A stretch of 64,000 bases of DNA from Candidatus Spongiisociaceae bacterium. Lineage in GTDB: Bacteria; Actinomycetota; Acidimicrobiia; Spongiisociales; Spongiisociaceae. The position numbers were made by a program, and so were the translations under genes. Where the stretch lies: the NCBI GenBank assembly GCA_965262915.1, contig OZ253564.1, positions 2,464,001 to 2,528,000 on the forward strand. The letters run 5' to 3'. Below, in pieces: positions 47,321-57,223 of this stretch; within the stretch, counting starts at the first letter, position 1, and each line of letters begins with the position of its first letter. Below the pieces are notes generated by a model. That model was not told the DNA's origin. It saw nothing but the letters and a program-made list of their open reading frames with translations, and ran no database searches.

Positions 47321-48064
47321 GTGAGGCACGACCGGAGCCGGATCGAGGAGTTCAAGCACGACCTGGACCTGTACGGGTTCGTGGTCGTCGAGGATCTGAT
47401 CACCGCCTCCGACGCCGACCGCCTCGCCTGTCTTCTCGAATCGCTGATCCGTGAGCATCTTCCGTCGCAGGGCAACGACCTCGCGCTGCGGGGTGTCCTC
47501 AACTACATGGATCCCGAGGACTACGGACGGCTCAGTCCCCTGCTGGCCCATCCGGTATGCCTGGAGTTGGCCCATCACGCCCTGGGTGAATCCGTCCAGA
47601 TGGTGGAGGCGACGGCTCTGCTACGGAAACCTGGAGCGCCGGCCCACCCGCTGCATTGCACGGCTCCGGCCGCATGGTTCGCAGAGCAGGGTTTTCCGAT
47701 TCCGCGGTACCGTGTCGTGCTGCCGTTCTCCTGGATTCTGACCGATCTGACGCACGAGAGCGGTTCACGGTTGTTCATGCCCTTGAGTCAGCTATCGGGT
47801 CGGCTTCCGGATCCCGACCATCCCTACAAGCATGTGACCCGGATCGAGGCACCCGCCGGCTCCTTCGTCCTCTTCAACGGAGCAACCTGGCATGGGCTGG
47901 CGGCCAACGATTCCCTCTCGCATCAGCGTGTCGAGTTGGCGAGTGGGTACATGCCCGGTTGGTACGACGTACGCACTTCCGGCTATCGCCTGTTGGAATC
48001 GTCTGTTTGGGAGCGGATGCCGCCGGAGGTGCAGGCGCTCAACCCGCATGTGGCCGAGGAGTAG
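47321..48064 (+). CDS. Phytanoyl-CoA dioxygenase (PhyH) family protein
   Basis: YGFVVVEDL, HP..L, LH, APAGS.VLFNGATWHG..AN...R. Start approximate. Confidence 0.8.
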   Translation: MRHDRSRIEEFKHDLDLYGFVVVEDLITASDADRLACLLESLIREHLPSQGNDLALRGVLNYMDPEDYGRLSPLLAHPVCLELAHHALGESVQMVEATALLRKPGAPAHPLHCTAPAAWFAEQGFPIPRYRVVLPFSWILTDLTHESGSRLFMPLSQLSGRLPDPDHPYKHVTRIEAPAGSFVLFNGATWHGLAANDSLSHQRVELASGYMPGWYDVRTSGYRLLESSVWERMPPEVQALNPHVAEE

Positions 48065-48119
48065 CACCCGCGCGGGTAATCGGTCCGGCTGCTGCACCCG
48101 ATCCCGCCACCCGTTCGTC

Positions 48120-49265
48120 TCAGGCGGCGTGCGCCGCGACGAGCGATTCGTTGAGTTCTATCCCGAGGCCCGGGCCTGCCGGCACCTCGATGATCCCGGC
48201 TCGCACGCGTTCCGGAGGGTCGGTGATATCGGCTCGCCAGGCCACCTGACCCCACTGCAGTTCGAGGCTGTCGAGATTCTCGATGCCGGCGGCGAACTGG
48301 AGGGCCGCCGCGGTCGCGACGGGACCGCACGCGTTGTGGGGCGACACCGATACTCCCGCGGCGCCGGCCATGGCCGCGATGTGCCGCCCCTCCAGGATTC
48401 CACCGCAATGCATGGCGTCGGGCATCACCACGTCGAGCACATCCCGCCGGCACAGCGGCGCGAACCCTGCCGCCCCGAAGAGCAGTTCGCCGCCTGCGAC
48501 ACGTTGGGGTATGGACGCCTTGATCCGGGCTGTCGTGACCGCGTCGGTCGGGTCGGTTGGTTCCTCGTACCAGTCGAGACCGGCCGGCTCGAGCCTCCGG
48601 GCGATGTCGACGGCGCGCTCGAAGTCGAAGTACCGGTGGCAGTCGACTCGGATGGCCACTCCCTCTCCGACCGCTTCTCGCATGGCCACCACGCAGTCGA
48701 TACCGAGATCGGCGGCCCGCCGCGCCGCCTCGACGCCATCCTCGGGTGTGGGAAAGCCATCGAACGGTGCAGCCTTGACGGTGGAGAATCCCGCACCCGC
48801 GGCGCGCTCTGCACTGCGGGCGAAGCCGGCGGGTGATCGATCCGTCGTCGTCAGGTTGATGTTGGCGTAGAGCAGGACCTCCGACCGGAGAGCGCCCCCC
48901 ATCAGCACGTGGACGGGGGCGTCGAGAGCCTTCCCCGTTATGTCCCACAAGGCCTGCTCGATGGCGCTCATGGCGGTCCGGGCCCGGAGGCCGCCGCGCG
49001 CGGCGCTTGCCATGGCCCGGGAGCGGTACTGCTGGATGTCGAGAGGGGAACATCCATCGACCAGACGGAAGAATTCACCCAGCTCGTCGAGCCGGGTGGC
49101 TGTTCCTAGCGACGCCTCCCCGAGACCGGTGAGGCCCTTGTTGGTGTGCAGGCGCACGAACAGCCACACGTTACGAGGGCTGACCCGGATGGGAATCGTC
49201 TCCAGTTCGGTCACCGCCGGCGGCCCGCTCCCGTACAACAGTTGCCTCCGCTCGCCGCTGAGCAC
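48120..49265 (-). CDS. Mandelate racemase / galactonate dehydratase-like enolase
   Basis: WLFVRL.T..G.TGLGEA, ALWDI.GK, VDCH, WYEEP, GGE, PHN, PGLGIE. Confidence 0.9.
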   Translation of the reverse strand: MLSGERRQLLYGSGPPAVTELETIPIRVSPRNVWLFVRLHTNKGLTGLGEASLGTATRLDELGEFFRLVDGCSPLDIQQYRSRAMASAARGGLRARTAMSAIEQALWDITGKALDAPVHVLMGGALRSEVLLYANINLTTTDRSPAGFARSAERAAGAGFSTVKAAPFDGFPTPEDGVEAARRAADLGIDCVVAMREAVGEGVAIRVDCHRYFDFERAVDIARRLEPAGLDWYEEPTDPTDAVTTARIKASIPQRVAGGELLFGAAGFAPLCRRDVLDVVMPDAMHCGGILEGRHIAAMAGAAGVSVSPHNACGPVATAAALQFAAGIENLDSLELQWGQVAWRADITDPPERVRAGIIEVPAGPGLGIELNESLVAAHAA

Positions 49266-49393
49266 CGATCCTATTGCGCGGGGGCAGTACCCGCCCTAGA
49301 GCAGAACTCATCTGGGTATCAAGGGCTGGTGCGAACTACAATGGTATCCGATCTGATCATTGTAATAGTCAAAGCTCATTGGGAGAACCACAG

Positions 49394-49663
49394 ATGAGAG
49401 AAATCACGATGACCACCACACAGCGCAACCAGGTGACCATCCCGGTCGAGGTTCGGCGCCTTCTCGGCCTCAAGCCCAGGGACAAGGTCGCGTTCACCAT
49501 CGAGGACGGAGGTACCGTGCGCATTGATGCCGCTCCTTTCAGTCTGGAGTCGGCATTCGGATCCGTGACACCTGACCGCACCCCCGAAGACTTCGACCAG
49601 GTCTCCCGAGACGCCAAGGATGCCAAGGCCGCGCAGACCGCACGGGAACTCGGCGAGGCATGA
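49394..49663 (+). CDS. AbrB/MazE-type antitoxin
   Basis: TQRNQVTIPVEVRRLLGLKPRDKV. Confidence 0.88.
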   Translation: MREITMTTTQRNQVTIPVEVRRLLGLKPRDKVAFTIEDGGTVRIDAAPFSLESAFGSVTPDRTPEDFDQVSRDAKDAKAAQTARELGEA

Positions 49664-50073
49664 GGTTCCTGGACACCAACATCATCCTCAGATACCTGAC
49701 TCGCGATGACGAAGCCAAGGCAGAGGCCTGTTACCGGCTGTTCCAGAGCGTCAAGAACGGGGAGGAGGAACTGTTCACCTGTGAGGCCATCGTCACCGAG
49801 GTTGTCTACGTGCTCTCCTCCCCGCCTGCCGGTTACCGATTGAGCCACGATGACATCAGAGCCCGGCTGGTGCCGATACTGTCACTCCGAGGTCTGCGGC
49901 TCCTGCACAAGCGGGTCTATGTCCGGGCGCTGGACATCTATGCATCCTCCCCGTCCCTGGACTTCGAGGATGCTCTTGCAGTAGCTCACATGGAGAGGCA
50001 GGGCATAACCGAGATCGTGAGCTATGACAGGGATTTCGATCGGGTGGCACAGGTGCAGCGGACCGAGCCTTAG
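49660..50073 (+). CDS. PIN-domain toxin (VapC-like)
   Basis: FLDTNIILR...E...DFEDA...SYDRDFD. Confidence 0.9.
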   Translation: MRFLDTNIILRYLTRDDEAKAEACYRLFQSVKNGEEELFTCEAIVTEVVYVLSSPPAGYRLSHDDIRARLVPILSLRGLRLLHKRVYVRALDIYASSPSLDFEDALAVAHMERQGITEIVSYDRDFDRVAQVQRTEP

Positions 50074-50287
50074 CTCGGGCGAAGAGCAGGTCCCCCCTTC
50101 GCCGGACGTGCCCGTGGCGACACGACGTAATCCTCTGAGGCGTCCGGTTGACGCGGTCCCTGATCCGCCTGCTCCGTCCCCTGGTAGACATAGACACCTC
50201 TTGGCGGACGGACCACTAGCCAGGCGATCGTGATCTACGATTGGCGCCGGGATCGCCGCCGAAACCGACTCTGGGAAGGTTGCCGGA

Positions 50288-51802
50288 ATGTCCTCGCCAA
50301 CGCTCGAAGTGCCTCGCAGGGGTCCCAACGTATTGTGGATCTGCACCGATCAGCAGCGCTTCGATACGCTGGGGTGTTACGGCAACCCCTTCGTGAACAC
50401 CCCCAACATCGACCGCCTGGCCGGCCGCGGCGTGCTCTTCACCAACTTCTACACCCAGAGCCCCGTCTGCGCGCCGAGCCGGGCCGGCTTCCTCACCGGC
50501 CGCTACCCACGCACCACCCGTCTCCGGCAGAACGGCACGGCCATCCCGGAGGACGAGGTCCCGGTCACGCGCCTACTGGCGGATGCCGGGTATGTCTGCG
50601 GGCTGGTGGGCAAGCTCCATCTGGGCTGGGATTTCTCCGAATCGGGCGGCGTGGCGGTGACCGAGCGCCGGATCGACGACGGATACAGCTACTTCCATTG
50701 GTCCATGACCTCGTTCCCGGACTGGCGGCTCGGGATCGACCAGGCGCGCACCAACGAATACAGCCACTGGCTGCGGGCCAAGGGCGTCTCCTTCGAGTAC
50801 ACACCCTTCCGGGGATCGAAGTACGTGGAGACCGGCATCGACGCCGAGCACCACCAGACCGCGTGGTGCGCCGAGAAGGCGATCACCTTCATAGAGGCCA
50901 ACGCCCCGTTTGACAACCCGTGGCTGCTCTCCGTCAACCCCTTCGACCCGCACCATCCGTTCGACCCGCCTCGCGAATATCTCGAGCCGTACCTCGACCG
51001 GCTCGACGAAATCCCTCTTCCGAACTACTCGCCGGGCGAACTGCGGGACAAGCCGATCTTCCAGCGGCTCTGCCACGAGGGGGCCTACAACGTTCCGGGC
51101 GCTTTCCGCTTCGACGGCATGGACGGCGAGGACCACCGGCTGATACGCGCCGCCTACTGGGCGATGGTCGACCTGATCGACACGCAGGTTGGGCGGATGG
51201 TGGCGGCCCTGGAGAGGACCGGGCAGCTCGAGGACACGATGATCATCCTGACCTCCGACCACGGCGAGATGCTGGGTGATCACGGCATCTACCTGAAGGG
51301 GCCGTTCTTCTACGAGCCGGCCATACGGGTGCCGTTCATCGTGTCGTGGCCGGCGGCGATCCCTCCGGGCCGCAGGAGCGAGGCGTTGGTGGAGGCAGTC
51401 GACATAGCGCCGACCCTGCTGGACATGGCCGGCCTGCCCCGAGCGCCAGGCATGCAGGGACGGTCCCTATGGCCGCTGCTGAGCGGTGTGGGGGATCTGA
51501 ACCGGCACCGGGACGACGTGTACAGCGAGTACTACAACGCCAGCGTGATGTTCAGCGATCCCGATCCCCTGGCGTTCATGACGATGGTGCGCAGCGAGCG
51601 GTACAAGATCGTCGCCGTGCACGGGCACGAGACCGGAGAACTCTACGACCTGGCCGAGGATCCCGGCGAGACCCGCAACAGTTGGGACGACCCCGCCTAC
51701 CGGGATGTCCGGTTCTCGATGCTCAAGACGCTGGCCGACCGGATTGCGTGGACGGTGGACCCGCTCCCGGTCCGCTCGAAACACCATCCCATGACCTCCT
51801 AG
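50288..51802 (+). CDS. Sulfatase
   Basis: PNVLWICTDQQR, CAPSR, GKLH, PHHP, SDHGEMLGDHG...KG. Confidence 0.95.
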   Translation: MSSPTLEVPRRGPNVLWICTDQQRFDTLGCYGNPFVNTPNIDRLAGRGVLFTNFYTQSPVCAPSRAGFLTGRYPRTTRLRQNGTAIPEDEVPVTRLLADAGYVCGLVGKLHLGWDFSESGGVAVTERRIDDGYSYFHWSMTSFPDWRLGIDQARTNEYSHWLRAKGVSFEYTPFRGSKYVETGIDAEHHQTAWCAEKAITFIEANAPFDNPWLLSVNPFDPHHPFDPPREYLEPYLDRLDEIPLPNYSPGELRDKPIFQRLCHEGAYNVPGAFRFDGMDGEDHRLIRAAYWAMVDLIDTQVGRMVAALERTGQLEDTMIILTSDHGEMLGDHGIYLKGPFFYEPAIRVPFIVSWPAAIPPGRRSEALVEAVDIAPTLLDMAGLPRAPGMQGRSLWPLLSGVGDLNRHRDDVYSEYYNASVMFSDPDPLAFMTMVRSERYKIVAVHGHETGELYDLAEDPGETRNSWDDPAYRDVRFSMLKTLADRIAWTVDPLPVRSKHHPMTS

Positions 51803-53568
51803 GAGGGTGCTGAGCAATCCGTCTGAAGGGGTGCTGCTTGAACCCTGGGATGTGCTGTTGGCTGGTGTGGGTTGGTGGGAGGCTGCCGGTTGGGGGGTGG
51901 TGGTGCTGGTTGTCGGGGTGGAGTTGCCCCGGTTTTTGGGGTTGCCGGTGGGTTTGGTGGTTTAGGTGGGGTTGAGTGCCCAGCCGGTGGTTGTGTGGGT
52001 GAGTCCGAGGTTGATGAGGCGTTGTAGGTTGATGGCTGCTGTTGGGGTGGTGAGCCATTGCTGGTTGGGTTTGATTCCTCGGTGTGGGACACGTCTGGGG
52101 TTGCGGCGGGTGAGCCAGGCGATGGTCCGCTCGACGGACGGCCGGTGGTTCCGGTAGGTGTCCTGCGTTTCTTCTTTGGCCCACCGTGCTTTGTTCGCGG
52201 CGCGACGGTCGTGGTGTTTGTCGACTGCGATGGTCCGTCCACGCTTGGAGGTGGTGCATCGTGCCCGCAGGGGGCAGCCGTTGCACCGCTTGGCGAACGG
52301 GGCGGTACCACCGGGGCGTATGCGGGTGGTGTGCCCGGCGGGACACGTCACCGTCCGGGCTCCGGTGTCGACCTCGAAGTCGTCGCGGTGATAGCCGTCT
52401 TCGATGTGGGGTTTGCGTACGATTGGTTTGGTCACCGGGGTGTGACCAAGATCGTCGAACGTTTCAAGCGCCGCACCGGACGCGTACGCGGAGTCGGCGA
52501 CGATTTCGGCACCCGGGGGTGCTTCGGCAACGAGATCCGCAATGCTGTCGGCGTCTGGGGTGTTGGCAGCGGTTAGGTGGGCGGCGGTGACCAGCCCGGT
52601 TTCGGGTTCGGTAGTCACATGGGCCTTGTACCCGTCCCGTTTGCGGGTCCGGGTCTTGTGACCGTGCCTGGCTTCGGGGTCCACCGTCGATATGGTCCGA
52701 TCTCGGGCCACACGCCGCGCTATCCGCCATCGGCCTTCCCGGTGGGGATCCGGTTCCACATCTTGGCCCGTAACCACTCCCAACAGACCTATTGCGTCGG
52801 CCTGTTCGGGGTTCAGCTTTATGTCCTCCACCCCTTCGATCAGCGCCAGCCCGTCGGTGACCAAACCGTTGATCAGTTCCGATCGGCTGTCGGGATCGGA
52901 CCAGTCACAGGACGGTTTCGCCTTCGATTCGTAGTCATGGGCCACCAGCACCAGGTCGGCTGCCTGCGGGATCAGACGTCGGCAACGCCTTATCTGCGAC
53001 GAGATCATCGTCACCGTGTCCCCGGTAGCAACCGCGTCGTGCAGAATGGTCGAGTCCAACGCACGGCGTCCCCTGTTCGCCAACACCCCACAGGCGGCGA
53101 CCACCTCCCGCACCGCGTCGAAGATACGCTCAGGACGGTCACTCGCCCTAAGCCTCGCTCGCCACAACGTCAGCACCGTCGGGTGGAACCCCCCATCGGT
53201 CAACGACAGACCAGCCGCCGCTTTCCAAGCTATGTCACGACGCAGCCGCTGGACCGCTTCCCGATCCGACAGGCCCTCCAACGCCTGGAGGACCATCACC
53301 GCCCCAATCACCGAGCCCGGTATCGACGGGCGGCCCCGCGGGCCGAACAAATCCCCAAACATCTCAGCGGGAAACAGACGCCGGCGGTGCTCAGCCAAAA
53401 ACTGATACACCGAACCCTCCGGAACCAACTCCCCACACAGTTCCATAGCGTCCAGAAACTCACGATCACCACGTTCACTACCCTGCATACCACCTACAAT
53501 AATCCCAACAAACCCAAAACGCGAACAAGCCAACACCCAACAGACCGACTAAATCAGCAGTCCCCTAG
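51799..53568 (-). mobile_element. IS1182-family insertion sequence
   Basis: CTAG-GAGGGTGCTGA ... TCAGCAGTCCC-CTAG imperfect inverted ends with CTAG duplicated. Inserted at the sulfatase stop codon. Confidence 0.8.
51962..53488 (-). CDS. IS1182-family transposase
   Basis: GRPSIP, LSDREA, LDST, STVDPEARHGHK, GYKAH, ADSAY, CPAG, C.GCPLR..C, RPSVER. Confidence 0.9.
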   Translation of the reverse strand: MQGSERGDREFLDAMELCGELVPEGSVYQFLAEHRRRLFPAEMFGDLFGPRGRPSIPGSVIGAVMVLQALEGLSDREAVQRLRRDIAWKAAAGLSLTDGGFHPTVLTLWRARLRASDRPERIFDAVREVVAACGVLANRGRRALDSTILHDAVATGDTVTMISSQIRRCRRLIPQAADLVLVAHDYESKAKPSCDWSDPDSRSELINGLVTDGLALIEGVEDIKLNPEQADAIGLLGVVTGQDVEPDPHREGRWRIARRVARDRTISTVDPEARHGHKTRTRKRDGYKAHVTTEPETGLVTAAHLTAANTPDADSIADLVAEAPPGAEIVADSAYASGAALETFDDLGHTPVTKPIVRKPHIEDGYHRDDFEVDTGARTVTCPAGHTTRIRPGGTAPFAKRCNGCPLRARCTTSKRGRTIAVDKHHDRRAANKARWAKEETQDTYRNHRPSVERTIAWLTRRNPRRVPHRGIKPNQQWLTTPTAAINLQRLINLGLTHTTTGWALNPT

Positions 53569-53671
53569 GAGGGTGGTCTAAAACGGTGGGGAGCAACGGC
53601 CCGTCTTCCTTTGGACAGGCATAATGTCATCGGTCGACGGGCCGTGAAGGGGTTTTACACCACCCTCCTAG
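53565..53671. mobile_element. MITE family A
   Basis: CTAG-GAGGGTGGT...ACCACCCTC-CTAG. Confidence 0.8.
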
Positions 53672-54054
53672 TCTCCCGACTCGGGAAGCCGTTCCGGATA
53701 CTCGGACTGAACCGTCCTTCCCATGCCGGCAGGACCGAGGGGATCGAGAACGCGAAAAACGCCGGACCGGACCCTGCCGGCGGGCCCTCCCCCAACCGCC
53801 ACCTCCTCGGCTCCGGCCGCGTTCCTCCCTCCCCGAGAGGCTCGGCTTCGACAACAGGATCCCTGGCCCGGTCCGGTCGGTACCGCAACGGACCGGCGGT
53901 GTTTACGGCTACTTACCAGTATGCAACGGGATTGTGATACGGTCAACCCCCTTGTGGCAGCGCGGTCGGTCCGGCGGGGGTTCTTCGGGCGATTCGGCGT
54001 GCCCGCCGTGCGCCGACGCGGGTCCTGGGTACAGCGAACCACAGATTCGGGACA
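53672..54054 (-). mobile_element. IS630-derived element carrying RNA cassette copy 6 (complete, 383 bp)
   Basis: Ends TCTCCCGACTC (53672) and GATTCGGGACA (54044-54054). Colinear with 7884-8270. Confidence 0.75.
53745..53946 (-). ncRNA. RNA cassette copy 6
   Basis: TTGACC 53946-41, TATCAC, CATACT. AAACACC, GGTACC loop (53879), GGGATC, GGAGGTGGCGG, GCGTTTTTCGCG. Confidence 0.65.
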
Positions 54055-54165
54055 CCGGGAGCGTGCTCGGGAACGGATGGGTGATGGGCCCGACGATCGA
54101 TGACAGGATGGCGGCTCAGCGGACGGCGGGCCAACCGTTATCACCGTTCTTCAGTACCCTCCTAG
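54055..54165. mobile_element. MITE family A, diverged
   Basis: CCGG-GAGCGTGCTCGGGAACGG ... CCGTTCTTCAGTACCCTC-CTAG. Confidence 0.6.
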
Positions 54166-54370
54166 AGATCGATCCGCCAAACACCGGCCGCTGCCCACCG
54201 AGCACCGAACGCGGCGGGACGTCCCACGAGCGACAAGGTCGACTCCCACGCTCCCGCGCAGCGTCGGCGGTTCACTTCGGTCGCGATCGTCGGCGTCCGA
54301 TGTCAGGAAGTGCCGGCGAGGCCGCGCAGATACACGTCATCGGGTGTTTTCCCGGCTAAGTTCGGTACGC

Positions 54371-57223
54371 GTGCCAATCCGTATCCAGGTGACTGCTTCC
54401 GAGGACCCCAGAGCGGGCCAAGTCGTCGATGTTGCTCGTCTACTGGGGGTGCCGGGTCTGGTCGCCTGCCGGGTCAGCAGGGTCCACTACCTGCACGGGG
54501 ACCTGTCCGCGGCCGACGTCGACCGGCTGTGCCGCGAAGTCCTGGTCGACCCGGTAGTGGACGAGGTGACCGTGGGTTCCCCATTGCCCATCCCACACCC
54601 GGCGGTGGAGGTTGCACCGCGTCCGGGCGTGACGGATACTGAGGCCCGGGAGCTGGAACGGGCCGCAGCCGCCCTGGGCCTACCCCCGGTGCGGGCTTCC
54701 ACCGCCCGCCGTTACGAGTTGATCGGCGACCTGGATGAGGCCGAGGTCTCCGCCATCAGCAGGCGGCTGCTGGCCAACGAGACGATCGAGCTGCACTCGC
54801 TCGGTACGGTCCAGCCCTGTTTCGACTGGGCAGCTCCCGCGGGGGTCCGGGTCGATGTCGTGGAGCTGTCCGGTTTGGCGGACGCCGATCTGCTGCGCCT
54901 CAGCCGGGAACGTCTGCTCTCGCTCGACCTGGCCGAGATGCGGGCCATCCGGGAGCACTTCCGGCGTGAGGGAAGGGATCCGACCGACGCCGAGCTCGAG
55001 ACGCTGGCCCAGACCTGGTCGGAACACTGCATGCACAAGACGTTCCGGGCTCGCATCCGCCTGGAGCACACGAGGGCGGACGGTTCGGTCACGGTCTCCT
55101 CCCACGAGGGCCTGCTGGCCGCGCTCAGGGCGGTTACCGAGGAGATCGCCCCACCCTGGCTCCGCTCCGCGTTCGATGACAACGCAGGCATCGTGGCCTT
55201 CGACAGTGACCTCGACCTCGCCTTCAAGGTCGAGACCCACAACCATCCATCGGCGCTCGAACCCTTCGGGGGCGCCAATACGGGTATCGGCGGGGTGGTC
55301 CGGGACGTGATGGGAGTGTCGGCGCGTCCCATCGCCTGCACGAACGTCCTGTGTTTCGGGCCCCCCGACCCGCCCGACCGTGACCTCCCTCCGGGCGTGC
55401 TCCATCCCCGTCGGGTGCGCGACGGCGTGGTGGCCGGAATTGGCGACTACGGCAACAAGCTGGGCCTTCCCACCGTCAACGGCGCGGTGCTCTACGACGA
55501 GGGATACGTCGCCAACCCGCTCGTCTACTGCGGGGCGTTGGGCCTGCTTCCGGCAGGCTCACATCCCACCGATCCGCGGGCCGGTGACCGGATCATCGCT
55601 ATCGGAGGCCGGACCGGCCGGGACGGCATCCACGGAGCCACCTTCTCCTCGGCGGGAATGGACGAGGCTACCGCCGAGCAGGCCGGGACGGCCGTACAGA
55701 TCGGCGACCCGATCACCCAGAAGGGTTGCATCGAGGTGGTCGAGCAGGCTCGCGACCGGCGCCTCTACAACGCCATCACCGACTGCGGGGCAGGCGGGTT
55801 CTCCTCCGCGGTGGGAGAGATGGGCGAGCACCTCGGCGCCGAGGTGGACCTGGCGGGCGCACCCCTCAAGTACGAGGGGCTGGAACCGTGGGAGATCTGG
55901 CTCTCAGAGGCCCAGGAGCGCATGGTTCTGGCGGTGCCGTCCGGCCGGGTCGAGACCCTGGCTGACCTGTGCGAGCGCAACGAGGTGGAGATGACCGACC
56001 TCGGGTCGTTCACGGGAACCGGGCGTCTGGTGGTGCGGCACGGTGATATCCCGGTGGTCGACCTTGCCATGGAGTTCCTCCACCGCGGGGTCCCGGGCAG
56101 GGAGATGGTCGGGCGCTGGGCCGACCCGGTACCCGGGCCCGTGGAAGTGCCCGACGTCGACCCCACCCGGCTCGTCCTCGACCTCCTGTCCCATCCGACC
56201 GTCGCCTCCAAGGAGGCCATCGTCCGCACCTACGACCACGAGGTGCGGGGCGGCACCGTCGGCCGTCCGTTCGTCGGGGTCCACGCCGACGGCCCCGGAG
56301 ACGGCGCGGTGCTCAAGCCCCTGGGCACCTGGCACCATGACGCGGCCGTGGCGCTGGCGGTCGGTATCAATCCGCGTATCGGCCGGATCGATCCCTGGTC
56401 GATGGCGCTGCATGCCATCGACGAAGCCGTCCGGAATCTCGTTGCGGTGGGGGCCGATCCGGGACGGGTCGCCCTGCTCGACAACTTCTGCTGGGGCGAC
56501 CCCACCAAACCCGACCGACTCGGATCGCTCGTCAGGGCGGTGGAGGGGTGCGTGGAGGGAGCGCGCCGCTACCGCATGCCGTTCATTTCCGGGAAGGACA
56601 GCCTCTTCAACGAATTCGCCGGAGAGGCAATCCCCGGAACGCTGCTCATCTCGGCCCTCGGGCTGGTACCCGACCTCCACCGCACGGTTGCCAGCGCATT
56701 CACCCGGGCCGGTTGCGACCTCTGGCTGGTCGGCGACCCGTCGGACCGGCTCGGCGGCTCTGTGGTCGACGACCTGTTGGGTATCGGTGACCGCCGGGTA
56801 CCTCCGGCCCTGGACGATCCGCTGGAGCGGTACATCGCTGTTCACCGGCTGATCGCCGAGGGGAGCGTCACCGCCGCCCACGACGTGAGCGACGGTGGCA
56901 TAGCGGTGGCGATCGCCGAGATGGCCATCGGCGGAAGGCTGGGGGTCGAGGCAACCGTCCCGACGGCAGGGCCAGGCATCGTCGCCGCGCTCACCAACGA
57001 GGCGCCCGGACGGCTGCTGCTGGAGTCGCCTCGGGCGAGGCGTGGCCACCTCGCGGCCCGGCTCGGTCCGGTGGGCCGGCGCATCGGTGTGGTGACCGGG
57101 GGCTCCTCGGTCGGGATCGGTGTCGCCGGGCCGGGCGGACCGCATCCGGTACACGCAGGGCCGGTTACGATCGACCTCGATGCGGCTGTACGGGCCTTCA
57201 CCGGACGGAGGGGAAAGTCGTGA
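54371..57223 (+). CDS. purL: Phosphoribosylformylglycinamidine synthase subunit PurL with N-terminal PurS-like extension
   Basis: QTWSEHCMHK, KVETHNHPSALEP..GANTG, DCGAGG, SEAQERM, ISGKDS, HDVSDGG. N-terminal PGVTD and LLAN motifs. Confidence 0.95.
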   Translation: MPIRIQVTASEDPRAGQVVDVARLLGVPGLVACRVSRVHYLHGDLSAADVDRLCREVLVDPVVDEVTVGSPLPIPHPAVEVAPRPGVTDTEARELERAAAALGLPPVRASTARRYELIGDLDEAEVSAISRRLLANETIELHSLGTVQPCFDWAAPAGVRVDVVELSGLADADLLRLSRERLLSLDLAEMRAIREHFRREGRDPTDAELETLAQTWSEHCMHKTFRARIRLEHTRADGSVTVSSHEGLLAALRAVTEEIAPPWLRSAFDDNAGIVAFDSDLDLAFKVETHNHPSALEPFGGANTGIGGVVRDVMGVSARPIACTNVLCFGPPDPPDRDLPPGVLHPRRVRDGVVAGIGDYGNKLGLPTVNGAVLYDEGYVANPLVYCGALGLLPAGSHPTDPRAGDRIIAIGGRTGRDGIHGATFSSAGMDEATAEQAGTAVQIGDPITQKGCIEVVEQARDRRLYNAITDCGAGGFSSAVGEMGEHLGAEVDLAGAPLKYEGLEPWEIWLSEAQERMVLAVPSGRVETLADLCERNEVEMTDLGSFTGTGRLVVRHGDIPVVDLAMEFLHRGVPGREMVGRWADPVPGPVEVPDVDPTRLVLDLLSHPTVASKEAIVRTYDHEVRGGTVGRPFVGVHADGPGDGAVLKPLGTWHHDAAVALAVGINPRIGRIDPWSMALHAIDEAVRNLVAVGADPGRVALLDNFCWGDPTKPDRLGSLVRAVEGCVEGARRYRMPFISGKDSLFNEFAGEAIPGTLLISALGLVPDLHRTVASAFTRAGCDLWLVGDPSDRLGGSVVDDLLGIGDRRVPPALDDPLERYIAVHRLIAEGSVTAAHDVSDGGIAVAIAEMAIGGRLGVEATVPTAGPGIVAALTNEAPGRLLLESPRARRGHLAARLGPVGRRIGVVTGGSSVGIGVAGPGGPHPVHAGPVTIDLDAAVRAFTGRRGKS

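Noticed and set aside
51860-51965. G/T-rich low-complexity tract as an independent repeat or G-quadruplex element
   Set aside because: It lies inside the IS1182 3' end, which is strand-skewed throughout, and has no clear repeat unit.
54166-54370. ZMP/ZTP or purine riboswitch upstream of purL
   Set aside because: I could not find the conserved GACTGGCG...CGCCTGGG core or a purine-riboswitch core. An Rfam scan would settle it.
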